From Heteronotia binoei (taxonomy: Eukaryota): a stretch of DNA of 64,000 nucleotides. Below the pieces are notes generated by a model. That model was not told the origin of the DNA. It searched no databases and was given only the letters and a program-made list of their open reading frames with translations. Below are positions 1 through 11,500 of this stretch, in pieces. The DNA lies in NCBI RefSeq assembly GCF_032191835.1, contig NC_083243.1, positions 171,244,001-171,308,000 on the forward strand. Direction: 5' to 3'. The first letter of the stretch is position 1. Each line of letters begins with the position of its first letter. The position numbers and the translations under genes were made by a program.

Positions 1-199
1 ACAAGCTGCTTCAACACCTGGCTCTCTGGTACTCCATCCCCTTGCAGAAGACCATAAGCCAATGAGACTTGCCCACCATACACTGTTTTGTGGTGGTGAT
101 GGTCAAGGCTGAGCTCTCCAGAGTGCAAGGCAAAACAGTGTGCTTCATGGCAGACCTTTGGAGCAGCCAGCAGCATGACAAAAATATGTAATCTTTCAT

Positions 200-547
200 T
201 AAAATCTGCCACTGTTCTTGAGGACTGGAAGGTAGCAAATGTCACCCCATTTTTAAAAAGGGTTCCAGAAGAGATCTGGGAAATTACAGGCCAGTCAGTC
301 TGACTTCAATATCAGGAAAGGTGGTGGAAGCTGTTATTAAAGAGAGAATTAGTAGTCACATTGATGAACAAAAGTTATTGAGGATGACTCTGCATGGGTT
401 CTGTAAGGGAAGATCTTGTCTCACTAACCTATTAGAGTTCTTTGAGGGGGTGAACAAACATGTGGAAAAAGGAGACCCAATAGATGTTATCTACCTTGAC
501 TTCCAGAAAGCTTTTGATAAAGTTCCTCATCAAAGGCTTCTTAGTAA
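200..547 (+). mobile_element. CR1 LINE reverse-transcriptase fragment (degenerate)
   Basis: Translates to EDWKVANVTP, GNYRPVSLTS, HGFCKGRSCLTNLLEFFE and YLDFQKAFDKVPHQRLL, typical CR1 ORF2 motifs, with a frameshift. Confidence 0.9.
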
Positions 548-560
548 GGGAGGGGTCAGT

Positions 561-991
561 ACATTGAACATCATTTGCCACTTTGACACCCACTCGCCCA
601 GCCTTGACAGATCCCTTTGGAGTACCTCATAATCCTCTCTTGTTCTTACCACCCTGAACAATTTAGTGTCATCCACAACCTTAGGCACTTCACTGCTTCC
701 TCCCAACTCCAAATCATTAATGAACAAGTTAAAAAGCATTGGACCCAATACTGAGCCCTGTGGTACCCCACTGCTTGTCACCCTCCACTGCAAAAACTGT
801 GCGTATATACTCATTCTCTGTTTCCTATTAATTAGTCAATTTTTGATCCACAAGAGGATTTGTCCTTTTACTCCATGACTATTGAGCTTGCTTAGGAGCC
901 TTTGATGAGGAACTTTATCAAAAGCTTTCTGGAAGTCAGGGTAAACAACATATATTGGGTCTGCTTTGTTCACCTCCTCAAAGAACTCCAA
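561..991 (-). mobile_element. CR1 LINE reverse-transcriptase fragment, inverted relative to the 200-547 piece
   Basis: Minus strand gives DFQKAFDKVPHQRLLSKLNSHG, GVPQGSVLGPMLFNLFINDL and DDTKLF...WQMMFNV. Confidence 0.9.
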
Positions 992-1358
992 CTTAGATAT
1001 GGGTGCTGGGGTGCTAGCCATTTCACACACACACACAAATACAATATGGGTTTTAATTCAAGGACATTCAGTCATGAGGGGGGGATGGGACCTACTACTC
1101 CCCTTTTCAAATTCCAATTGGGCCTCAGTGCTTTGTGGGGGGGAGGGAGTGGAAAGAAACTGTGGGATGTCTTCTACCCAGCAGCTAACCTATCTCATTC
1201 ACTTTTTGAAGATTCACCCACACCTATTGGTTCTGGTTATTCAGCTGGGCAAGAATGATTTTGTAGGTTTGGCCTTTAATTTGCAAGCATGGGAGGACAT
1301 TTAGCTAATTACCATAATTAGGCTCCTGAGATCACCATTACCTGGCTGCATATGGCCC

Positions 1359-1665
1359 TGAAATATACTGGCTCCGATGCATTGGTAGATCACACAGAAC
1401 TACTTTATTGATGACTACATACTACAAAGACAACATAGCGGGGCTGAGACCCTGCTTATATACATCCCCAATAATGCCCCCCCCCCCGAGTCCATACCAA
1501 ATCACAGCGTTCAAGCTTCGCACCATAACCGCTCATTGGTTGTTGTATGGAGTTCAAATCATCTGAGTTGTTAGGCAGACACACAGTTTCCCGGATGCCC
1601 GCAAAACTACTGTGGAGCAGTAAATTCAGTGCAGTCATTTCATGTTGCCACTCCAGTACATAACA
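1359..1665 (-). mobile_element. Solo LTR (307 bp, Gypsy/ERV-type)
   Basis: Minus strand starts TGTTATGTA and ends TATTTCA, with TATATAAG and AATAAA inside. GGCCC is duplicated at 1354-1358 and 1666-1670. Confidence 0.8.
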
Positions 1666-2739
1666 GGCCCACAAATAAGAGACATATACACAGTGAAATA
1701 AATGACAATAAAAGGTAAGGTCGAGAAGGCTGAGTTCAAAATGAACTGGAATTTACAGTGGGCATATAGGAGACCTTATGTCATAGGGCCTTTTCACATT
1801 GGCTTGTTGCTCCAGTTCGACTCCTGAGGAGAGCTAATCCCGTGTCCACCCCTAAGTCTCTCCATTTTTATACATGGCTTGAGTCACACTAAACTGCTCT
1901 GGTTTCCTTTGTTTTCAATTTACATTGTGAGGTAGTAACCCACATTTCAACCAAGCTGCATAACATTCTTCTTGAGCAACGTATGGTGGTGCTGTTTTAC
2001 TCGTCTATTTTGTGTTTGTTGATTGACTTCATCTGTTTCCCAGCCTCTAAAATCTTCCTGCCTCTGGGAGAACAAAAGCTCAATCATGATATGTCCTTCT
2101 TTACCCTTGCTGCTTTACAAACATTCCCAGTTTTTGTTTTAAATTTTGAAACAGATTTGTGGAATGTGTATGTGGAATATGTGGGTCATTTGTTGTTTTG
2201 GGTTGATCTCCCAGCTGGGAGACCAAAACCAGGGATCGTAAATCCATCCCAAGTAATCAACTGAGACCATCCCAGGCAGGCAAGGCCTGCTAACTCAGCC
2301 TGGATTAACAGACTCAGTGTTTACATGTGCTTGGGTGAAAGGCTAGCCTGCAGACCATAGCATTGGGGGGGGGGGGGGCGTGTGTGTGGAGGATCCTCCT
2401 ATTATAGGGAAAAGGGAGCACTGTTTTCTGCATAGGTGAGGGAGGGAGGGTGGAGAATGCAAATTTGTTGCTAACATTGTCATGTTCACTCTCTTCCCAG
2501 TTTATATTGTGTCCTGCACTCGTGAACTGCATTGATGTGAACTGCTGCTGTTCTAGTAGGTTTGTTGAAAGATTTCAGTATAGTCTGCCATTGTAAATCT
2601 CAGTAAGTGCAAGATGCTGCCCCCTCCCTGGACCATGCTATTTCACAATCCCACAAAAGTTCCTGACATCTACTCTTTAACTTAAAGGATAGCAAAGGAA
2701 GGAGGGGGGGGGGAGGAGACAAAAAGGCTAATCAGTTTT

Positions 2740-2913
2740 GAACAAATTGGGAGTCCAGTAGCGCCTTTAAGACCAATAAAGTTTTATTCAGGATGGAAGC
2801 AAGGAGATGTGCTTTTAGCACGATAGCTAGCATCCTGAATAAAACCTTGTTGATCTTAAAGGTGCTTCTGAACTCTAGATTTGTTCTATTGCTTCAGCCC
2901 AGCATGGCTGCCC
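2740..2913. mobile_element. Short inverted pair of Penelope-like terminal repeats (degenerate)
   Basis: gagtccagtagcgcctttaagaccaataaagttttattc faces aataaaaccttgttgatcttaaaggtgcttctgaactc. Same family as 24680-24935 and 53480-53560. Confidence 0.65.
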
Positions 2914-3319
2914 GCCAGGATCCTGCTCCACTTGCGTCCGCAAGGTGAGAACATCCAAAGCTGTAACCTCGCAAGAAAGCTAGCTTTTGCTTTGAAACAA
3001 CTTATGGGGGGCAAGCCAAATGGTAAAAGTTTCAGCCTCTTCTCCTTTGGAATCTTTTCTAGTTTGGAATGCTAATACAACAAAGCAGGGAACTGAGTTC
3101 TGAGTGGTGAAATTGGGTGGGAGTTGAGGTTCAGCCCCCTTTCCCTTCCCTGCAAGGAACAACATATAAACTTAGGCTGCAGAGAGCCTGCAATTTGCAT
3201 TGTATGGTCAGACCCAGATTGTTATCTGGACTCTGACTTGTTTGAGCTCCTATTTCAACATCCCTGTACTAGGGTACTAGTAGGTTCAGTCAGTTTCAGC
3301 ATGAAAGTGGCCAGTAACA

Positions 3320-3478
3320 GCTTCTGGAGGGGAGGGACCTCAGCACAGTACAATGCCATAGAGTCCACTCTTGGAAGCAGCCATTTTCTCCAGGGGAGCT
3401 GATCAGTTGGAAAAGCTGGAGATCACCAGGACCCACCTGGAGACTGACAACCCCATCACTGTGGACAATTGTCAGCCA
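3320..3478 (-). mobile_element. hAT-type MITE fragment (GGTTGCCA/TGGCAACC family)
   Basis: Shares ggggagggacctcag...cagccattttctccag...ggagatc with 21330-21540 and ends in a degenerate TIR gacaacccc. Confidence 0.6.
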
Positions 3479-4258
3479 CCAGTGGCAGAGGCTTGAGTGA
3501 GTGCTGGCAAGTACTGTGGCCAAACACACAGATGGGCTAACAATGGATGGCACAAAAAGAACAGGGGGTAAAGAAAGCTTGGCAACAAAGCACCAGCCAT
3601 GCACACATGTACTGTCATTTTTCATGGGGGAGGGAAGGACTGGCTGTGAGCTGGAAGTGCCCTGAACTCAGAAAACACTGAAAGTAGTAGTGCCACACTT
3701 ATAGCAATATCTGTTGAACCATAGAGCCGGAAATAAAATGGGGGGGGGGGCAGCACTGCAATCGGGCTACCTGATGAGCATATCACCATCACACTTACCC
3801 AAAATTTGAAATGTTCTGAAAGGGTCAAGGGTGCAAACCACTCACAAATATCAGCCAGCAGTGGCAGCAGCTACAATTATTGCTGTTGCGTACAGCAGCC
3901 AAATGGGGAGAAGGGCTATCAGTGGTGTGATGAGAACAAAGAAGAGGAGGGAGGGTCCAGATTTTATTTATGGGGACTCAAGACATGGGAGAATCACCGG
4001 TTCATGCGCCAACAAGCAATGGATCATCAAAATGCAGGATAGTTGGCAGGAGGAAATGGAACATTAAACCCCCGTATGATTTCACATTCAGTTAATCCCG
4101 ACTCAAGGCAAAGGTGGGCAACTAACCCCTAGAAAACCAGCATCGAGATATCCTGATATAATGGGGATGCGATATTGGATCTGCCACGAGTTGGTGTAAA
4201 AGCAAATTTTTGCTCTGGGATAAATGCAGGGACAACAGTGGTTTCAGTATAAAATAAC

Positions 4259-4523
4259 TACTGTTTTCGCACACAGCTTACCTTGCAGTCACAATCCTGT
4301 TCCCTCCACAGTGTCTGTCGGATTTCCCACCATCTGCGCCGGAGTTACAGGAAGTTCCACGGCTTTTGTGTAGCAAACGTAAACTGGGTTTTAGCGGTTT
4401 ATGTTTGCTACACAAAAGCTGCGGCACTTCCTGTAACTTCGGAGCAGATGGTGGGAAATCTGACCAGACGCTGCGGAGGGAACAGGATTGTGACTGCGAG
4501 GTGAGCTGTGTGCGAAAACGGTC
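4259..4523. mobile_element. Palindromic PIF/Harbinger-type MITE
   Basis: Whole element is a long hairpin with TIR (g/t)acYgttttcgcac. AAC occurs on both flanks (4256-4258 and 4524-4526). Confidence 0.7.
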
Positions 4524-4620
4524 AACATTTCAGGACCAGGAGTCACCCAGGAGCATCTTGCAAATGTGAAAAGGGTCATAACTGAGTGACTTATATCAGC
4601 AGTACAGAGATGATGGAGTC

Positions 4621-4742
4621 CAGGGCTTTTTTTGTAGAAAAAGCCCAGAAGGAACTCATTTGAATATTAGGCCTCACCCCCTGACATCAAGCAGCTAAAA
4701 CTACATTCCTGTGTTTTCATGCTCCAAAAAAAAAAAGCCCTG
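4621..4742. mobile_element. hAT MITE (CAGGGCTTTTT TIR family)
   Basis: TIRs CAGGGCTTTTTT and AAAAAAGCCCTG; 8-bp TSD ATGGAGTC/ATGGGGTC. Confidence 0.85.
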
Positions 4743-5253
4743 ATGGGGTCTGCCTCTCTCCTGAGCAATATGATTAGTTTTTAGGGCTCAGCAACTGGAC
4801 CTGCCTGACTTTATTGCTGGCAGAAGGGGAGAGTGGATCTAAGTTAGGCTGGCTGGGCTCCCTCTTGTGGCAGGCATGTGCAAGTTAAAATGATAGGAAG
4901 GGAAATGTGGAGACCACTAGAGACATCTAAGGATAAAGGGAGTTTGCTCCAAACAGCGGCTTATCGGGGAGGGGGCTCTGTGACATTACTCTGAACCACA
5001 GCTGCTGTATGACATGGGGGTGGGGAGGATCAGTATCTCTGAGCAAAGATTTTTGTTCAGGCAATGAAAATAAGGGATAACAGGAATAACTGAGCTGAAT
5101 TTTGAGCCAGGGCAGAGTTGCCCCTCATGCAGCTTACAGTGGGCTAGTTTACACTTGACTCACATGTTGGAGGGGTATAAGTTAAAACAGGATTCAAGGT
5201 TCCTGTGCATCAATTTAATAAATGTAGTTTAACACAAATATATGTGTCTTGAG

Positions 5254-5425
5254 CAGTGTTCCCTCTAAGCTGAATTAGTGGGAGCTAGCTCACAGGTTTT
5301 TAGCCTCCAGCTCACACATTTTTGTCTTAGATCAGGAAGGATGACCCAAGAACTCCCTAATTTATGCAGTAGCTCACAAAGTAGAATTTTTGCTCACAAG
5401 ACTCTGCAGCTTAGAGGGAACATTG
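5254..5425. mobile_element. hAT MITE (CAGTGTTCCCTCTAAGCTG TIR)
   Basis: 19-bp TIRs with one mismatch and a perfect 8-bp TSD, GTCTTGAG. Confidence 0.9.
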
Positions 5426-6762
5426 GTCTTGAGTTTTCATTCTGGGATGGGTAGGCAATTCCTTTTGTTGTGGTAGTATCAAGAAATGATTTTTTAAAGT
5501 CCTATTGTCAATTAAATGAACATGTCAGAGAAAGTTACATGCTCTTGTTGATGAGCAAATGTGTTGCTACAACATTTCCTAGGACTTGTCAAATACATGA
5601 TGAATGAAGAAAAGTCTATGCTGTGCAGTTGACACCAACTGTGCTGAGGTAGTTGTATGTATATATCATACTATCATGTTTCAAACTTAATATAAATACA
5701 GTTCGCATGCTACCACAAGCACAGTTTATAAACATTTGCTCTTGGTCTGTCAAAAGCCAATTCATACCATATTCTGGCCATAATAGCAGTGTGAACACGG
5801 CTGCTTTGTCCTAGGCTGAAACTTAGCATAGGATGGAGATTTTTTTCTCACCCCAATACTAATGAGAAAGCAGGTTCTCAATTTCTTATGGGGGGCAAGA
5901 GAGTGTTACATTCACCAGAAGGCTGAATCCTACAGAAGACTCAGTCCTTGACTAATAACAGACATCATGCAGAACATTTTCGAACATTGATTTTCAAATG
6001 AGAAATGAACAGGTAAAGCTTCTCACAGCACAGGCGATAACCTGCAAACTGGTGCAAATGAAACCATTTTAAAGGTTCTAGATACAAAACATATTTAATG
6101 GGAAGGCCAATATGCATAAAATGAGGAATGAATGCCCTGCATCAGCTACTCAGACCAAAGTCTGCTGGCCTCTTCCCTGACCACATGCATTCCATGCTTA
6201 CATGTGTCAAAGCTACAGAAGACTCTACCTCTGTGAATGAAACCACTCATTCCCTATTATTTCCACTTATGGGAACTGAACCTTTGCATCTGTATGCACA
6301 TGTGTGCTGTGTCCATTTGCAACAAAAGCATATAGGTAGGGGTTGAGTAATGTGCTTACTCCTCCCTGGAATTAGCACTGGCCTTCCCATGTATATGCCA
6401 TCTGTACAGGGCTAATTATATAGTTACAGTGTCAGTTTCATAAGATGGCAACCCTAGTAGCGGAGGAGTGTCAAAGATTGGGTGCCATGCCTGCATTAGA
6501 AATTGTTCATTGATTTTGGATCCGGTGCTGATACCAGAGTGTCCTGGAACCCATATAAGAAACCCAGGAGTACCGGTGATTAGTACGCACATGAGTTGGA
6601 AGGGCAGATGGTTGGAAAGTGGCAATGGTGAATGTTTGGCTTTCAGTTTCTGACCACCTGTAGAGATGCATCTTCATAACAGACCGTTCTTAACGGACAC
6701 CAGAATCTTGTGCTCTGAAACTTCAGCGTGAATTATTTCAGTGCGCTGTGCCCAATGAAACT

Positions 6763-7950
6763 AATAATAATAATATAATAATAATAACTTTTATTTCTAT
6801 CCCGCCCTCCCCGCCTAGGCGGCTCAGGGCGGCTAACAACAACTTAGACATTAACATAAATGATAAAACTTTAAATTTAACAATTAAAATTAAGCATAAA
6901 AACCAGTCAGTTAAGTTAAAATACATGATTTTCGTTAGCCTAGATATATATGAGTGTATCTGGCAGCGATTGAGCTGTTATGGCGCTGGTTCTGCCAGTT
7001 TAGGTAGTCTTATAGATGGCGGTTCTTACACCAGGCAACTCAGCAGTCAGTGTCGTTATAAGCTTGCCTAAAAAGGGCGGTCTTGCAGGCCCTGCGGAAC
7101 TGGCCGAGGTCCCGCAGGGCCCGCACCTCCTCCGGAAGCTGGTTCCACAATGCCGGTGCAGCCGCTGAAAAGGCCCGTACTCTAGTATGTTGGAGTTTGA
7201 CCTCTCTCGGCCCAGGGATGGTCATTTTGTTTTTACCCACTGACCTCAGTGCCCTCTGGGGTTCATATGGGGAGAGACGGTCCCTTAGGTAGGCTGGTCC
7301 TCGGCCATATAGGGCTTTAAAGGTGATAACCAACACTTTGTACTGGACTCGGTAGATAATTGGTAGCCAGTGCAGTCCGCGCAGCCCCGGCCGTATGTGC
7401 TCCCATTTCGAGAGCCCTAACAGTAGCCTGGCCGACGCGTTCTGCACCAGCTGTAGCTTCCGAGTCCGGCACAGAGGTAGCCCCAAGTAGAGGGCATTAC
7501 AGTAGTCCAATCTTGAGGTGACCGTTGCATGGATCACTGTTGCGAGGTCCCGGCGCTCCAGGAAGGGGGCCAACTGCCTTGCCCGCTTCAGATGGAAGAA
7601 TGCTGACTTGGCAGTGGCTGCTATCTGGGCCTCCATTGATAATGAAGGCTCCAGTAAAACACCCAAACTTTTTACCTGGCGCGCTGGTTCCAATGGTGCG
7701 CCATCGAAAGTTGGGAGAGCTATTTCCCCTCCCCGAGCGCCACGACCCACACAAAGGACCTCTGTCTTCGCTGGATTCAACTTCAATCCACTCAATCTGA
7801 GCCACGTCGCCACAGCCTGTAAGGCCCGATCCAGGTTCCCCGGGGCGGAGCCAGGCCGGCCATCCATTAGCAGATAGAGCTGGGTGTCATCCGCATATTG
7901 ATGGCAACCCAGCCCAAACCTCCGGACAATCTGGGCAAGGGGGCGCATAT
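6763..7950 (-). mobile_element. 5'-truncated young L2 LINE: RT C-terminal half, 3' UTR and (TTA)n tail
   Basis: Uninterrupted frame 7040-7950 with YADDTQLY, LKLNPAKTE, SRLDYCN, LHWLP and RAFSAAAPALWNQLP; (AAT)n tail at 6763-6785. Confidence 0.93.
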
Positions 7951-8614
7951 TTTGCGTCTGCATGCCCTGTAAGGCAGGCACATGTTCTCAAAGCCCACAT
8001 TCATTGCTAATAATTTAATTTTCAATAGTAGTGAAATAGTACAATTTCATTAATGACTGAATAGGATTCATGGATATATTCACACATTATTTTAAGCGCT
8101 CCCTCCTAATGCTCCACAAAGAATGTTGGTTAAAATCTTATAGCAAATGATTTCTATTTTTGGAACCCTTGACTTTCTCTCTTAATAGAATGTTTATGTT
8201 GATGTATTTTATTTATTAGTAGAACATTGTGACTCATGAACATTTAATGCCCCTTTGGTACATTGATTAATTTTTAAAAAGATAAATGTCAAGGCTCAGA
8301 CAGATGGGGCTAGGGACGAGGTTAAGAGGACAACTAGCGCAGCATTTTGCTAAAAAGAAGTGCTGAGATACAACCATTTATTTATTTATTACTTTAAGGC
8401 TGCCCTCTCCTGAAAAACAGGGTTCAGGGTAGCATACAACAGTGATAAAAATTACAAAATTTTACAAAATGTTGAATTAAAATAATTCATAAAATACATT
8501 TCACAGCAGCCTAAGCAAGTCTGACGGTGATATTTCCTGTTATTGCCTCATTGGAGGAGGGGGGGGAGGAAGAGAAGTGCTGGACTAGATGGAGGACCAT
8601 CGTGGTCGTCAACC

Positions 8615-8745
8615 AACCTGGTGGAACATCTCTGCCTGCGGAACACCAACAAGTCCTGCAGGGCATGGATATTATCCAACAAAGAGTTCCACCAGACGGT
8701 TGAGGACAGCTGGATGTCTCTCAGACTGAGGACTACCAGTTTATT
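8615..8745 (-). mobile_element. Old L2 ORF 3'-end fragment
   Basis: TVWWNSLLDNIHALQDLLVFRR resembles ALWNQLPEEVRALRDLGQFRR in the young L2 copy. Confidence 0.55.
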
Positions 8746-9443
8746 AGCAAAATTCAAAACCAAATCAGAAACTGTGTTTAAAAAATGAAATTTAATCTAT
8801 GTTAGATCGATTTGATGGTTCTGAGGCACATAATAAACAACAGTAAAGCAAAGCTTTCAATATACTGACCAAAAGCTAGAATGACCTCATAAGAATTTTA
8901 TAGATCTTTCAATGTCAAAATCTACTAATAAATACACTCATTGAGGAACTTATAATATTTTTTGTACCACATGTTTTTCTAATGTAATATATTTTAGTGA
9001 AATATATCGTAAAGAAGAAACCTTGGAGATCTCCAGGAAGCACTGCGGGGGCTGCTTGTTTGAATGGCAGGCTTTTTTTAAAGAGGTGGAGAAATATATG
9101 GGGTTTGCTCTTTATTATTTTAACTGAAAAAGTTTTAAACAATTGTTGTAAGCTGCCTTAAACCACAAGGAAAGGAAGGATATAAATGTTTTAATAAAAT
9201 AATAAAATAAAGGAAATGGCCAACTGAGGCAGTGGTCATTCCATGTTTCCTGAATAAAATATTTCTCTCTGACATTCAGCCAAAAGGAGTCTCTCAGAGT
9301 GCCACAAGAGATAGGATTCTCAGCCCATTTGAAGTTACTTTATAGAAGTTTGGAATAATTGATGCCCTTCTCTCCACTGTTAGGGAGAGGATCTGCCAGA
9401 CTTGTGTCATCCCAAAGGAGCAAAACTATTCACAGGACTGTGG

Positions 9444-10415
9444 TCACAAACTCACATGAACTCGTTTGCTGGCACCAGAACTTCTTAATAATGTAAGTGA
9501 TCTTCTCAGGCTACTCTTCACATCCTTGTTTCGCAGACTATATATCAGAGGGTTGAGCATTGGCATTATAATAGTATAAAATACTGCACTCACTTTATCC
9601 CTGTCTTGTGCAGATTTTAAACTTGGTCGCATATAAGTGAAAATTGCTGTCCCAAAAAATATGACTACTACAATGAGATGGGAGGCACAGGTAGAGAATG
9701 CTTTAGTCCTTCCTTTGGCAGTTTGTATCTGGAGAACAGCTCTGAAAATGTAGCCATAGGAGACAATGATCAGCAGGAAGGGGACGAAGACTATAATTAT
9801 ACTGAAAACAAAGACAACCATCTCAGTAAGGAAAGTGTCAGCGCAAACCAAGGTCAGCACAGCTGGTACCTCACAGAAGTAATGGTTCAAGATGTTTAGA
9901 CCACAGAAAGGTAATTGTAAAGTGAAAGTGTTTATTATCATTGAGCTCACTAAACTGCTACTCCAGCAAAAGGAAGCCAACCGAATGCAGATCTTCCCAT
10001 TCATGATGACTGTGTATTGCAAAGGCTGACAGATGGCCACATATCGGTCATAAGCCATGACTCCAAGCAGAAAGCACTCTGTCATTCCAAAAGCCAGAGA
10101 AAAATACATCTGGGTTGCACAGCCCCAAAATGAGATAGTTTTCCTTCTGGTCAGAAGGTTTATGAGCATCTGTGGGACATTGGTGGAGGTATAAGAAATG
10201 TCTAGGATGGACAAATTGATTAGGAAAAAGTACATGGGGGTATGAAGTCGAAAGTCAGTTCCAACAACTAAGATGATGATGATATTTCCAAACATTGAGA
10301 ACAAATAAAAAGCCAGAAACACAAAAAAGAGAATCATCTGGACCCTTGGTTGACTGGAGAGGCCCAGAAATATGAACTCAGTCACAAATGTTTCATTTTT
10401 GTTAACCATTTCCAT
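9444..10415 (-). CDS. Olfactory receptor, class II, OR2/OR13-family-like, intact (323 aa)
   Basis: N-glycosylation site NET; motifs [29 protein letters not shown] and [12 protein letters not shown]; seven hydrophobic segments; no stops. Confidence 0.96.
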   Translation of the reverse strand: MEMVNKNETFVTEFIFLGLSSQPRVQMILFFVFLAFYLFSMFGNIIIILVVGTDFRLHTPMYFFLINLSILDISYTSTNVPQMLINLLTRRKTISFWGCATQMYFSLAFGMTECFLLGVMAYDRYVAICQPLQYTVIMNGKICIRLASFCWSSSLVSSMIINTFTLQLPFCGLNILNHYFCEVPAVLTLVCADTFLTEMVVFVFSIIIVFVPFLLIIVSYGYIFRAVLQIQTAKGRTKAFSTCASHLIVVVIFFGTAIFTYMRPSLKSAQDRDKVSAVFYTIIMPMLNPLIYSLRNKDVKSSLRRSLTLLRSSGASKRVHVSL

Positions 10416-10429
10416 GTGTATTATTTAAT

Positions 10430-10456
10430 CTGTGAGGATAAAGAGAAAAAAACTGA
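10430..10456 (-). promoter_or_regulatory. Likely 3' splice acceptor ahead of the OR coding exon
   Basis: Minus strand tttttttctctttatcctcacAG lies 14 nt before the ATG, as expected for ORs with upstream non-coding exons. Confidence 0.65.
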
Positions 10457-10504
10457 TTAAATGAACAGCAGAATCAGTAACTAATTATCCATCATGTCTG
10501 AGAG

Positions 10505-10778
10505 GAGGAGAAGGAGGAGCTTGGATTTATACCCTGCCCTTCACTCGGAGTCTCAGAGCAGCTTACAATCTCTTTTCTCCTCCCCTCCCCACAACAGACA
10601 CCCTGTGAAGTAGTTGGGGTGAGAGAGCTCTTTTGAGAACTGCCCTTGAGAGAACAGCTCTGTGAGAACTTGTGACTGACCGAAGGTCACACCAGCAGCT
10701 GCATATGGAGGACTAGGGAATCAAATATGCTTCTCCCAAATGAGAGTCTATGTTCTTAACCACTACACCAAACTGGCT
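10505..10778 (-). mobile_element. Squam3-type tRNA-derived SINE
   Basis: Head agccagtttggtgtagtggttaag, B-box-like tttgattccc, body gggtgtctgttgtgggg and tail gggtataaatcc plus (CTT/CCT)n. Confidence 0.85.
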
Positions 10779-11182
10779 TTTGTATATATGTATGTATGTT
10801 AATTGGTGCTGAAAAAGCAATCTCATTCAACTTTGTACTCCATGGTTGTTCCTTTCTACAGAACACAGTTGTTTGGTGTGAAAAATGAAAACTATCACCA
10901 CATTAATGAAAACTGTCACTACAATGGGATAAAAGCAATAGAGTTTAGTAAAAGGCAAAGTCTTAAATGGATCTTGGTCCCAGAAGTGGGTTTTAACTGT
11001 AAGGATTTAAACAAAATGGATCTGAAAAGTGGAAAGGATGAGATCCTATTCTGAATTCTCTTGCTGTTCTCTTAAATGAAATGGCTAAAGAATATTCACC
11101 TTAATAATTAACTTTTAGGTACTAGGCTACTCTCATGTAATTTCTAAATTTATATTTAAATATTTGCATCCTACATTTTGTC

Positions 11183-11385
11183 TTGACCTGGATCGTTTAA
11201 GCTAGCCTGATCTCATCATGGAAGCTTAGCAGGGTTGGACCTGGTTAGTACTTGAATTGGAGACCATCAATGAAGTCCAGGGTTGCTGCAGAGAGGCAGG
11301 CAATGGAACACCACCTCAGTTTCTCATTTTGAAAACCTTACAGGGTCACCATAATCACCTATGACTTGATGACGCTTTCCACTAT
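11183..11385 (+). mobile_element. 5S rRNA-headed SINE with Sauria/BovB-like tail
   Basis: gcctgatctc...ggaagcttagcagggttggacctggttagtacttg matches vertebrate 5S rRNA, followed by a ggcaatgg...ccacctc...gggtcaccata tail. Confidence 0.75.
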
Positions 11386-11407
11386 CGCATCCCACTTTTC
11401 TCCCTGA

Positions 11408-11500
11408 AAGAAAAATACATCCTGGTTGCACAGCCCGCAGATGAGAGAGTTTTCCTTCTGGTCAGGTTTATGAGCATCTGTGGGACATTGGTGAAGTCAA
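11408..11500 (-). pseudogene. OR gene fragment (TM2 end to TM3 start), close paralog of the 9444-10415 gene
   Basis: FTNVPQMLINL-TRRKTLSSAGCATRMYFS versus STNVPQMLINLLTRRKTISFWGCATQMYFS in the intact gene. Confidence 0.85.

Noticed and set aside
7083-7877. Antisense and alternate-frame ORFs over the L2
   Set aside because: Shadows of GC-rich L2 coding sequence.
7951-7981. N-terminus of the 313-aa ORF as a real gene start
   Set aside because: Flanking sequence happens to be in frame with a 5'-truncated L2, so this is not a host gene.
11183-11290. 5S rRNA gene
   Set aside because: Diverged, partial and fused to a SINE tail; the same applies at 19622.
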